Positions 9,135 through 17,089 of a stretch of 64,000 nucleotides of DNA are shown here, piece after piece. The notes below the pieces were generated by a model, which saw only the letters and a program-made list of their open reading frames with translations, did no database searches and had not been told where the DNA came from. Origin of the DNA: an uncultured Collinsella sp. (lineage in GTDB: Bacteria > Actinomycetota > Coriobacteriia > Coriobacteriales > Coriobacteriaceae); contig UQMD01000003.1 of NCBI GenBank assembly GCA_900542155.1, positions 88,099-152,098 on the forward strand, in the 5' to 3' direction. Within the stretch, counting starts at the first letter, position 1; the number at the start of each line of letters is the position of its first letter. The translations under genes and the position numbers were made by a program.

Positions 9135-9175
9135 AAAACCACCACAAAGGTGTCTGTCCCCTTTGTGGTGGTTTT
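9135..9175. terminator. Bidirectional rho-independent terminator, the family copy 3 hairpin flanked by A- and T-tracts
   Basis: The sequence is aaaaACCACCACAAAGG-tgtctgtcc-CCTTTGTGGTGGtttt. It lies between the stop of the LuxR gene (9130) and the stop of the convergent cytidylate-kinase-like gene (9182). Confidence 0.7.
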
Positions 9176-9181
9176 GGTCGG

Positions 9182-9805
9182 TTAGCCTTCGAGCTGCGCC
9201 AGCTTGTAGCGGTAGGCCGCCGCGATGACATCTTTGCAGCCCTCGCGTCCCAACTTGGCGCGGTTGACGACGATGTCCTTGCCGCTCGTCATCTTCCACT
9301 TGCCGGCGCTATAGCGCTTATAGAACGCCTCGCGCGCCTTCTGCTGCTGTTTGACCAGCTTGGCGCCCTTCTTTTTGTTGAGGCCACGCTTCTTGCGCAC
9401 AATCTCGACGCGGTCCTCAAAGGGAGCGGTCACCAACACGGCAATGTGGTTGGGGTTGTTGCGAAGCAGGTAATCGGACAGGCGGCCTTCGATAATGCAG
9501 CTCTCGGTCTCACCCAAGTCCAAAATCACCTGGCTCATCTTTTGGAATAGCTTGTCCGAGTACGAACGGGCATCGTAGCGGTCGGGCAGAAACGCCATGT
9601 TCTCCACGGCCAGGCGCTCGTCGTAGGCGGCCATCTTGTCGAGCGACTCGCCCGCACGCAGCGACGCACGTACCAGCAGTTCGTTGTCGTACAGCGGAAT
9701 CCCCAGCTCGTTGGCAAGCATTCGGCCAATCTCGTGGCCCTCGGCACCAAAATCGCGCGCGATGGTAATGACCACAGGATTCTTCTTGTTCTCCAGATCG
9801 CTCAT
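9182..9805 (-). CDS. Cytidylate kinase-like family protein (P-loop AAA_28/Cytidylate_kin2-type)
   Basis: The N-terminus ...VVITIARDFGAEGHEIGRMLANELGIPLYD matches the conserved start of the cytidylate-kinase-like family (xxITIxRExGSGG...). Confidence 0.7.
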   Translation of the reverse strand: MSDLENKKNPVVITIARDFGAEGHEIGRMLANELGIPLYDNELLVRASLRAGESLDKMAAYDERLAVENMAFLPDRYDARSYSDKLFQKMSQVILDLGETESCIIEGRLSDYLLRNNPNHIAVLVTAPFEDRVEIVRKKRGLNKKKGAKLVKQQQKAREAFYKRYSAGKWKMTSGKDIVVNRAKLGREGCKDVIAAAYRYKLAQLEG

Positions 9806-9972
9806 CGCGATTCCTTTCTAACAAATGAGAAAAGGGCTGTTTATCTCTTATTCCCACGATACCGTACCTGGGTTTTCCTGGTGCCCAAGATTGGCCTGAA
9901 AGAGGAGCGACGCGTACTTTGGTACGCGAGCGACGGTTTGAAGGCCAAGGTTGGGTGCCAGGGAAAGCCAGG

Positions 9973-10611
9973 CTATGCGGCTACGATGCGGCGTTGGTAA
10001 GCTCGGACCAGCAGCGAGATACCAAAGTTGAGCACAAAGTACATCGCAAACACCAGTCCGTAGAGCATAAGCACCTGCGACAGATCAATCGCGTGGGCCA
10101 TCACGACGTTTGCCGTGTACATGAGCTCGGCCACGTTAATGCCCGAAAGATACGAGCTGTCCTTAATGACGGTCGTGCACTGGCTAAACAGCGCCGGAAT
10201 GATCGTCTTAAACGTCTGCGGCAGAATGATGTAGCGCATGGTGGCAAAGAAGCCAAAGCCCTGGCTCTGCGCCGCCTCAAACTGGCCGCGCGGAATCGAG
10301 TTAAGACCGCCGCGCACGATCTCAGCCATAACGGCGCTGGTAAACAGCGTAAAGGCGATGGTCGAGATCACGATGTCCAAGCCCTGCACCGTAAAGTAGA
10401 TAAACAGGATCCACAGCAGGTTCGGTGTGCAGCGGAACAGCTCGATATAGGCGCTCACCAAAATGCGGAACGGGCGGGGCGCATAGCTTTTAACAAGCGC
10501 CAGCACCGTGCCAAAGATGAGCGAGAAAAAGATCGACAGCGCCGAGATCTCGATGGTCTTAACAAAACCGCCCCAAATGTAGAGCAGGTTGGTCGCGTTA
10601 AAGATTTCCAT
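9973..10611 (-). CDS. Polar amino acid ABC transporter permease (His/Glu/Gln/Arg/opine family)
   Basis: The protein is 212 aa and multi-pass. The EAA-like region ...AAQSQGFGFFATMRYIILPQTFKTIIPALFSQ is typical of HisM/GlnP-type permeases. It is the last gene of the 4-gene operon. Confidence 0.9.
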   Translation of the reverse strand: MEIFNATNLLYIWGGFVKTIEISALSIFFSLIFGTVLALVKSYAPRPFRILVSAYIELFRCTPNLLWILFIYFTVQGLDIVISTIAFTLFTSAVMAEIVRGGLNSIPRGQFEAAQSQGFGFFATMRYIILPQTFKTIIPALFSQCTTVIKDSSYLSGINVAELMYTANVVMAHAIDLSQVLMLYGLVFAMYFVLNFGISLLVRAYQRRIVAA

Positions 10612-10614
10612 GCG

Positions 10615-11361
10615 CTAGGCCTCCTCTACGTTGTCGAGCCCCAGCTCGGCCAGGCTCACTCCGCGCGGACGCTCCTTGGAGCGGCGCTCGAGCCACTGCA
10701 CCAGCATGGCGAGCGGAAAGCAGATGATGAAGTACATAAGGCAGCAGACGATGTATCCCTGCAGGTAACCGTACAGACTCACAAAGTTGTCGGAACGGTA
10801 CATAAGGTCGCCACCGGCCACAAGCGCCAGCACCGACGTGTTCTTGACCAGGTTGAGCGCCTGGTTACACAGCGGCGGCAGAATGATCTTGAACGTCTGG
10901 GGCAGCACGATGTACCAGTATGCCTGTGCACGGGTGAAGCCCTGGCTCTGGGCCGCCTCCATCTGACCGCGCGGAACCGCCTCGATACCGGTGCGGATGA
11001 CCTCCGAGATGTAGGCCGCGTGATACAGGCCCACACCCAAGAAGCCCAGCACGAACGGCGCGATGCGCACCGGCTGGTCGGCGCCGGTTATAGCCTGCAA
11101 AAACTGCGGGCCAGCCATATACATAAAGAGCACCTGCACGGGTAGCGGGGTATTCTGGTAAAACTCAACGTACACGCGGCTGATGGCGCGCAGTACACGC
11201 GAACGGGTGGTCGAGAACACGCCCAGCAGCGTGCCCAGCACCAGCGACAGCAGCAGACCAGCAACGACCACCTGCAGCGTCACGCCAAAGCCCTCCCAGA
11301 AGGGCCCCATGTTTTGAAATGTCGTCGACCAGCGGTCGGCGTCAAACAATCCTTCGAGCAT
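10615..11361 (-). CDS. Polar amino acid ABC transporter permease
   Basis: The start is placed at the ATG of MLEGLFDADRW (11361) with a GGAAGGA RBS 25 nt after the stop of the binding-protein gene. The track's longer N-terminus is Arg/Pro-rich read-through. The motif ...EAAQSQGFTRAQAYWYIVLPQTFKIILPPLCNQ is present. Confidence 0.9.
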   Translation of the reverse strand: MLEGLFDADRWSTTFQNMGPFWEGFGVTLQVVVAGLLLSLVLGTLLGVFSTTRSRVLRAISRVYVEFYQNTPLPVQVLFMYMAGPQFLQAITGADQPVRIAPFVLGFLGVGLYHAAYISEVIRTGIEAVPRGQMEAAQSQGFTRAQAYWYIVLPQTFKIILPPLCNQALNLVKNTSVLALVAGGDLMYRSDNFVSLYGYLQGYIVCCLMYFIICFPLAMLVQWLERRSKERPRGVSLAELGLDNVEEA

Positions 11362-11386
11362 TTGATTCCTTCCTTGGACGATGCGC

Positions 11387-12265
11387 CTACACAAGACCCC
11401 AGGTCTTGACCTCTTGATCGAGCCAGCCGTCGGCCAAGCGATCGCAGACCACCTGATTGACCACGGCCGAGAGGTCGCAGCCCTTCTTGGTCGCCACGCC
11501 GTAGCCCTGCTCGCCAAACTTGACCTCGGGCTGCAACAGCTCAACGGTCTCGTTCATGTAGCCGGCCAGCGTGGAGCGGTCCATGGCAAAGACGTCGATA
11601 TTGCCGGCGTCGAGCGAGCTCTTGATGATGGGGTAGCCGCTAAAGGCCCTAAACTCGGGCTTGCAGCTAAAGCCGTTGTCCTTGATCATCTGCTCGATCA
11701 GGCCCTGCGTGGTGGCACCCTGGCTCACGCCGATGACCTTGCCGTCCAGGTCCTCAATCGAGGTAAAGCCCGAACGTTTCTTGACCATGAGGCCCACGTA
11801 GTCGGTGCGATACGGCGTCGAGAAATCCCAGCTCTTCTTGCGCTCGTCGGTGATGGTGTAGGTCGCTGCGACCACGTCGAGTTGGCCGTTATCGATCAGC
11901 GGGCCGCGTGTCTTGGGCGTTACGTCGGTAAACTCGACAAGCTCCTGGGCACGGGCTTCCTTGTAGCTCACGCCAAAGACAGCGGCGGCGATCTGGTAGC
12001 ACAAATCGACTTCCATGCCCTCAAAGCGGCCTTTGGCGGTGTCGTAATAGCCGTAGCCGGGAACATCTTTCTTGACGCCGGCATTCAGATGGCCGCGCGA
12101 CTTGATGGCCGCAAGCTTGGATCCCTTGTCGGAACCCTCGCCGCTGGTGGAGTTGCCGCAACCGGTGAGCGCGGTCCCCGTCAGCGCGAGCATGCCGGCG
12201 CCCGCCAGCTGCAAAAAGTGACGGCGCGACACGGCCGCCCTCGTCATATCCGTCATGTCCATCAC
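11387..12265 (-). CDS. Amino acid ABC transporter substrate-binding lipoprotein (TAT signal plus lipobox)
   Basis: The N-terminus ...SRRHFLQLAGAGMLALTGTALTGC carries a twin-arginine motif and a lipobox Cys. The mature part resembles SBP_bac_3 amino-acid binding proteins. Confidence 0.9.
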   Translation of the reverse strand: MMDMTDMTRAAVSRRHFLQLAGAGMLALTGTALTGCGNSTSGEGSDKGSKLAAIKSRGHLNAGVKKDVPGYGYYDTAKGRFEGMEVDLCYQIAAAVFGVSYKEARAQELVEFTDVTPKTRGPLIDNGQLDVVAATYTITDERKKSWDFSTPYRTDYVGLMVKKRSGFTSIEDLDGKVIGVSQGATTQGLIEQMIKDNGFSCKPEFRAFSGYPIIKSSLDAGNIDVFAMDRSTLAGYMNETVELLQPEVKFGEQGYGVATKKGCDLSAVVNQVVCDRLADGWLDQEVKTWGLV

Positions 12266-12270
12266 CGCGC

Positions 12271-13002
12271 CTAGTGCAGAATCTTGGACAGGAACTCGCG
12301 GCAGCGCGGGTTCTCGGGGTTATCGAAGAAGTGCTCGGGCGTGCCCTCCTCCAGGATGCGGCCGTCCTCCATAAAGATGACGCGGTCGGCCACCTGGCGC
12401 GCAAAGCCCATCTCGTGCGTCACGCAGATCATGGTGATGTCCTCCTGCGCGAGCTCAATCATAACGTCCAGAACCTCCTGGACCATCTCGGGGTCGAGCG
12501 CCGAGGTCGGCTCGTCAAACAGGATGATGGGCTGCTTGGTACACAGGGCGCGGGCGATGGCGATGCGCTGCTGCTGACCACCCGAGAGATTCTGCGGATA
12601 CTCGCCGGCCTTATGCGCCATGCCGACGCGCTTGAGTGCGGCGATGGCGATCTCGGTCGCCTCCTCCTTGCTCTTCTTTTGCAGCTTGATGGGCGCGAGT
12701 GTCAGGTTGCCCAGCACCGTCATGTTGGGATACAGGTTGAACTGCTGGAACACCATGGAACTATACTTGCGAGCCATCTCCAGGTGATTCTTTTTGGTGA
12801 GCGGCGTACCGTCGATAATGACCTCGCCCGACGTGGGCTCCTCAAGATAATCGACGCAGCGGATGAGCGTCGACTTACCCGAACCAGAGGGCCCGATCAT
12901 TACGAGCTTCTCGCCGCGCTTGACGGTGAGGTTGATATCTTTGAGCACATGCAGGTCGCCAAAGTACTTGTTGAGATGCTTGATCTCGATCATGTCTGCC
13001 AT
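12271..13002 (-). CDS. Amino acid ABC transporter ATP-binding protein (GlnQ/HisP-like)
   Basis: The Walker A motif GPSGSGKST, the signature [15 protein letters not shown] and the Walker B motif [11 protein letters not shown] are all present. It is the first gene of the operon. Confidence 0.95.
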   Translation of the reverse strand: MADMIEIKHLNKYFGDLHVLKDINLTVKRGEKLVMIGPSGSGKSTLIRCVDYLEEPTSGEVIIDGTPLTKKNHLEMARKYSSMVFQQFNLYPNMTVLGNLTLAPIKLQKKSKEEATEIAIAALKRVGMAHKAGEYPQNLSGGQQQRIAIARALCTKQPIILFDEPTSALDPEMVQEVLDVMIELAQEDITMICVTHEMGFARQVADRVIFMEDGRILEEGTPEHFFDNPENPRCREFLSKILH

Positions 13003-13321
13003 GAATGTCCCTTCCCTGCGTTTACACGAGTTGAACTATTGTACGGAAAGAACCACGTTTCCGCAGCCCACACTACATCCCCGTAAAGAACCCGCAATCT
13101 TCCACCCACTCATTGGGCACTCATTTAAGTCTGTCCCCAGTGAGCGCCCAACCGCCCTTGTTGAGCATAAGTCAGCGAAAACCCGTACACGCGAGCAAGG
13201 TGACGTGAAATGAAAGGGCGCAGACCTTATGGTCGCGCCCTTGAAATTGAACGTCAGATTGCCGCGTGTACGGGTTTGCAGCGTCGAGCCGTTACGCGGT
13301 TTGGTAAAACCGCGTAACAAA
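13003..13321 (-). promoter_or_regulatory. 319-nt structured leader and promoter region of the amino-acid ABC operon, with nested inverted repeats
   Basis: A 15-bp inverted repeat AAACCCGTACACGCG (13173-13187) pairs with CGCGTGTACGGGTTT (13263-13277). It encloses an 8-bp hairpin AAGGGCGC...GCGCCCTT. A separate 12-bp-stem hairpin GTTACGCGGTTT-ggta-AAACCGCGTAAC lies at 13283-13310 just after the yqeY stop. No known riboswitch class could be assigned by eye. Confidence 0.3.
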
Positions 13322-13765
13322 TTACGCGAGTTTAGCTCCGACGATCTTTGCCGCGGCAGGCTTGTCGAAGTTGCCGCCGGTGGCCTTGCCGAGCGCGCCC
13401 ATGACCTGGCCCATCTGCTTCTTGGACGTGGCACCCAGCTCGGCGATAACCTGCTCGATCAGGGCCTCGAGCTCCTCGCCCGAAACCTGCGCGGGCAGCA
13501 GGCTCTCCAGAATCTTGACCTGCTCGGTCAGGTTGTCGGTACGCTCTTGGTCGGTGCCGGCCTTGATGGACATCTCCAGCGTCTCGCTCGTCTGCTTAAT
13601 CAGACGCTTGATCATGCTGTTGACGTCTTCCTCGGTCACATCGCGACGCTCGTTGACCTCGATGTTCTTCACTTCGGCCTTAACCTGGCGAATGATGGAC
13701 AGGCGAACCTTGTCCTTGGCCTTCATGGCCGCGATCATTTCCTGCTGCAGCTCTTCGTTGGTCAT
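13322..13765 (-). CDS. yqeY: GatB/YqeY domain-containing protein
   Basis: The sequence MTNEELQQEMIAAMKAKDKVRLSIIRQVKAEVKNIEV...GATSKKQMGQVMGALGKATGGNFDKPAAAKIVGAKLA is the YqeY/GatB C-terminal-domain family. The ATG at 13765 is preceded by a GAGGAGGA RBS. The track's upstream start adds 12 aa without an RBS. Confidence 0.85.
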   Translation of the reverse strand: MTNEELQQEMIAAMKAKDKVRLSIIRQVKAEVKNIEVNERRDVTEEDVNSMIKRLIKQTSETLEMSIKAGTDQERTDNLTEQVKILESLLPAQVSGEELEALIEQVIAELGATSKKQMGQVMGALGKATGGNFDKPAAAKIVGAKLA

Positions 13766-13819
13766 CTGCAAATCCTCCTCAATAGTGCGGGCGGCACTCA
13801 CACGAGCGCCGCCCCATGA

Positions 13820-15043
13820 TTACTCAGTCGTCGACGAATTGTCGGTCGAACTCTTGATGACGCCCTTCAGGCTGACGTTGTACGGCACGTCCTTGGGCAT
13901 GGGGTTAACGGTGATGTCGGCGTCCTTCTTGTACTGCTCCAGCCACTCGCTGTACGCAGTGCTCTCTGCCTGCGTCTTCACCACGTTGGAGACATACTTC
14001 TTGATGTCCTTGGGCACCTGTTTAATGTCATCGACCTGGCTATCGACATGGAAGTAGTCGGTGCACTTGATGATGTGGTAACCATACGTCGACTCGACGA
14101 CGTCGCTCACGTCGCCCTTGTTAAGGCCTTCGAGCGCCGCCTGATAGCTGTCGACGAAGGTGGTGAGCTTGTCCCAGCCCACGTCGCCCTTCTTCTCCTT
14201 GGAACCGGTGTCGTCGGAATACTGCTCCACGGCGTCTTCGAAGCTCAGCTCGCCGGAGTTAATCTTGTCCAGGCACTCCTGCGCCTTGGCCTTGGCGGCA
14301 GCCTTGTCCTCGTCGGATGCGTCGGAATCGACCTTGATCAGAATATTCGACGAGCGGCGGGCATCGTTGTACTTCGACAGGTTCTCGTTGATGTAATCGA
14401 CGATCTCGCTGTCCTTGGGCTTGCTGGTGGGCGCCACGGCTTCCTTGAGCTTTTGCTGCGCCAGGCTCTCCTTGAGCGAGCTCTTATAGGTGTCCTCGGT
14501 GTAGCCGTAAGTCTTAAGGGTCTTCTTAAAGGTCTTGGCGCCGCCCGCGCTCTTGCACGCGTCCTTCCAAGCCTTCTCGACCTCCTTGTCCGACACCGTC
14601 ACGCCGTTTTCCTTCTGCGCCTGCTGAAGCAGAATCTGCTGCGCGTAGGAATCGATGAGCTGTTTGCGGTACTTCTTGGGCGTAAGGTCGTTGTTGACCA
14701 GGTACTGCGCCCAATCCTTGTCCTTGGTATAACCATAGGACGTGCGCATACTCATGATCTGCTTGGTCACGGTATCCTCGGTGAGGTTGGCGCCGTTGAT
14801 GGTGGCGGCAACGCCGCCGGTGAGCTTGTAGCCCGAGCTGGCGCTTTCGGTCTGCGACATCAGGCCGGAGCACGCCATGGCCGAGACGGAGAGCAGCATC
14901 GCCAGCACGCCGATGACCACCAGGACAATCTTGACGGTCTTGGACACGTACGTCTTGCGCTGCTTCTTGCGAGAGCTGGAGGCGGCGCGGGCCTGCTGCT
15001 CGGGCGTCGGCGCGACCTCGGGGTTCTTTTTCTTGTTTGCCAT
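13820..15043 (-). CDS. Membrane-anchored parvulin-type peptidyl-prolyl cis-trans isomerase (PrsA/SurA-like foldase)
   Basis: An N-terminal transmembrane helix KIVLVVIGVLAMLLSVSAMA is present. The C-terminal PPIC/rotamase domain carries the GYHIIK signature (...STYGYHIIKCTDYFHV...). Confidence 0.85.
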   Translation of the reverse strand: MANKKKNPEVAPTPEQQARAASSSRKKQRKTYVSKTVKIVLVVIGVLAMLLSVSAMACSGLMSQTESASSGYKLTGGVAATINGANLTEDTVTKQIMSMRTSYGYTKDKDWAQYLVNNDLTPKKYRKQLIDSYAQQILLQQAQKENGVTVSDKEVEKAWKDACKSAGGAKTFKKTLKTYGYTEDTYKSSLKESLAQQKLKEAVAPTSKPKDSEIVDYINENLSKYNDARRSSNILIKVDSDASDEDKAAAKAKAQECLDKINSGELSFEDAVEQYSDDTGSKEKKGDVGWDKLTTFVDSYQAALEGLNKGDVSDVVESTYGYHIIKCTDYFHVDSQVDDIKQVPKDIKKYVSNVVKTQAESTAYSEWLEQYKKDADITVNPMPKDVPYNVSLKGVIKSSTDNSSTTE

Positions 15044-15230
15044 GTTTGGCCTTTCACATCACGAATCGAACAAACGCCATTGTGTCACAACGCAGCCCCC
15101 GAGACACACCTGGTGCATGGGAGACGGTTTAATCTGCACCATTTTGGTGCAAAGGGGACAGGTCTGGCAGTTGGCAGTTAGGGACGTTCCTTTTCTGCCG
15201 ACAGTTAGGGACAGCCCCCAAGTGCCGGCC

Positions 15231-15698
15231 TTAAAAGCGGCGGCGGATGGCGTCGACCATGCCCTGCGGCGTGGTCTGGCCGAGTACATCGGCTGCAGCG
15301 TCGGCATCCATAAAGATATTCATAAGCGCTTGCAGGGCCTCGACCTGGCCGCCCGGCTCGGCAATGCCCAGATTGATGATAATCTGCGCCGGCACCGGGG
15401 CGCCCATGCCCGCCATCGCGTTGAACGTCACAGGTGCGGCGGGCTTTACCACTGCGATATAGGGCTTGGCCACAAATCCCGGATCGGTATGCGGAATGGC
15501 GATGTTTGCCGCCGGCATAGCGAGACCCGTGGGATAGGCGTCCTCGCGCGTGCGGACGGCGTTGAGCCAACCCTCGGCAATGTAGCCGCGCGGGGCAAGC
15601 TCACCCTCGAGCCGCGCAAACACCTCATCCGGCGTCGCGCACTCCCAATCAAAAAACACCAGCTCAGGCGAGAAAAGCGCCTCGGCGTTATCCGCCAT
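15231..15698 (-). CDS. PTS EIIA type-2 (fructose/mannitol/nitrogen-regulatory PtsN-like) protein
   Basis: The start is placed at the ATG of MADNAEALF (15698), preceded by GGAGG. The phosphorylation-site region is ...AANIAIPHTDPGFV, i.e. the 'IAIPH' motif of the PTS_EIIA_2 family. Confidence 0.75.
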   Translation of the reverse strand: MADNAEALFSPELVFFDWECATPDEVFARLEGELAPRGYIAEGWLNAVRTREDAYPTGLAMPAANIAIPHTDPGFVAKPYIAVVKPAAPVTFNAMAGMGAPVPAQIIINLGIAEPGGQVEALQALMNIFMDADAAADVLGQTTPQGMVDAIRRRF

Positions 15699-15763
15699 AC
15701 CGTCCTCCAAAGTTGCATGGGGTTCACATTGCCCCATATGATAGCGAAACCAGACAGACAAGG

Positions 15764-16231
15764 TTAGTCGAGGATCCCGATCATCTCGAGTGCACGCGCG
15801 GGCGTCAGACAAACCTCGGGCATCGCCTCCAGCATGCGCCGGTCACTCGTGACCACGTAGTCAACATCTGCCGTCTCGCCCGAAGCGATGATGAGGTTGT
15901 CTTCAAGATCCGGCAGGCGCTTGCCAAGCATGCGTGCCATCTCGCACTCTGCCAACGAAAGTGGAGAGGCCGTTGCTACCTGCATCATATGCTCGATGCA
16001 GGCCCATGACGCCGAGGCAAACGACACGCTAATCCCATTCGCATTCCGCCGGGCCAGACGACGAGGCAGAATATAGAACACATCCTTTGCCGTCGTGGGC
16101 GCATACAGAAGGTCGATCTTTCCCGCCTCGGCCAGTTCAACCAATCTTTTCGCTTCGTCGAACGCCCCCTCTTGCAGGTAATAATCGAGCCAAACGTTCG
16201 TATCTACCAAGAGATGCTTTGCCTCAATCAT
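15764..16231 (-). CDS. vapC: PIN-domain toxin (VapC-like ribonuclease)
   Basis: The sequence MIEAKHLLVDTNVWLDYYL... carries the PIN-domain acidic residues; D13 is within the conserved 'VDTNV' motif. The start ATG overlaps the antitoxin stop by 4 nt (ATGA), which is the classic TA arrangement. The track's longer form uses TTG. Confidence 0.75.
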   Translation of the reverse strand: MIEAKHLLVDTNVWLDYYLQEGAFDEAKRLVELAEAGKIDLLYAPTTAKDVFYILPRRLARRNANGISVSFASASWACIEHMMQVATASPLSLAECEMARMLGKRLPDLEDNLIIASGETADVDYVVTSDRRMLEAMPEVCLTPARALEMIGILD

Positions 16232-16572
16232 CGGCAATTCGCCTCGATGTCGGCAATCATCGCGTCATACATATCATCTCGTACGGCATCCCAGTCTTCC
16301 GCAGATGATCCAGCTGGCGCAAAATCCGAAGCGCTTAGCCCCAACGAGGAAAAAGCTAGGCCACACCCCTGCTCGGCCAGGCTCTCCGCACGGGGCGCCT
16401 CGCGCTTATCCGCCACCATAAATCCCGGCAGCGTTTGATGTTCGACGAGATAGGCCCAAAGCGCACGAATGGCATCGCTCGGCCCCAATCCATTGCGAGT
16501 TAGGACCGCATCGCCACCAGCTTTGAGCATAGGATCGATTCGTGTGTTGAGCTGCACCGTTGCTGTACCCAT
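16228..16572 (-). CDS. RelB/DinJ-family antitoxin with a C-terminal extension
   Basis: The N-terminus MGTATVQLNTRIDPMLKAGGDAVLTRNGLGPSDAIRALWAYLVEHQTLPF resembles the DinJ ribbon-helix-helix N-terminus (..VRIDEDLKNQA..VL..MGLT.SDAVR.FL..V...ALPF). A GAGAGGAG RBS is present upstream. Confidence 0.7.
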   Translation of the reverse strand: MGTATVQLNTRIDPMLKAGGDAVLTRNGLGPSDAIRALWAYLVEHQTLPGFMVADKREAPRAESLAEQGCGLAFSSLGLSASDFAPAGSSAEDWDAVRDDMYDAMIADIEANCR

Positions 16573-16856
16573 AGCGGCTCCTCTCTACCTGCTAGCAGTA
16601 TAGCAAACATGAAAGGCCACGCAAAAGGACCCCGTCCACACACGGACGAGGCCCTGTCAGATTGGTAGTCTCGAGAAAGTTGGTGTAGCGCCCGATCCGA
16701 AGCGAGTCGGCCTGGCGTCCAAGAACCTAGAATACGGTTGATGCCCTATGCCGCCGACCGGCATATGAAAGACAGCGAGCCAAAAGCCCCATGGCTTCTA
16801 GCCCGCAGAAACATCGATGTTTCCAAATGATCGCAGCTTGTGTTTCAAGCGCTTTT

Positions 16857-17048
16857 CTACGCTACCGGCGGATGCAAATCCCAATCGGGAAAGCAGTTTG
16901 CAAAGCCTGAGAGATTTTGAGTCAAAACATTGTTCTCAGCTTGCTTCAGTCGCTCGTCCTCTTTAAACAGACTATCGAGCTCGCTCAATGCATCGAAGTC
17001 CTGCATCGCGGCATCGTTATGGTCGAAATCAGTCACTTCATCAGTCAT
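16857..17048 (-). CDS. Small acidic hypothetical protein (63 aa)
   Basis: The ORF follows immediately after the 554-aa gene, 42 nt downstream on the same strand. The composition is Asp/Glu-rich, and no homology is recognised. Confidence 0.35.
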   Translation of the reverse strand: MTDEVTDFDHNDAAMQDFDALSELDSLFKEDERLKQAENNVLTQNLSGFANCFPDWDLHPPVA

Positions 17049-17089
17049 CTATTTCACTCCATTCATGGTTATCGAGTCAATCCTATCGG

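Noticed and set aside
13003-13321. T-box leader upstream of the amino-acid ABC operon
   Set aside because: The candidate motif AGUGGGUGGAAGAUUGCGGG lacks the central NACC of the T-box consensus and no specifier-loop arrangement could be identified. It is kept only as 'structured leader'.
9919-15767. Plus-strand ORFs 9919-11145, 11381-12274, 12274-13086, 13362-14057, 14048-15181 and 14877-15767
   Set aside because: Each lies antisense to a well-supported minus-strand gene (ABC transporter components, yqeY, PrsA-like, PTS EIIA). They show the typical antisense amino-acid bias.
16087-16438. Small plus-strand ORFs 16087-16308 and 16172-16438 near the TA pair
   Set aside because: They overlap the DinJ/VapC genes on the opposite strand and have no RBS or conserved features.
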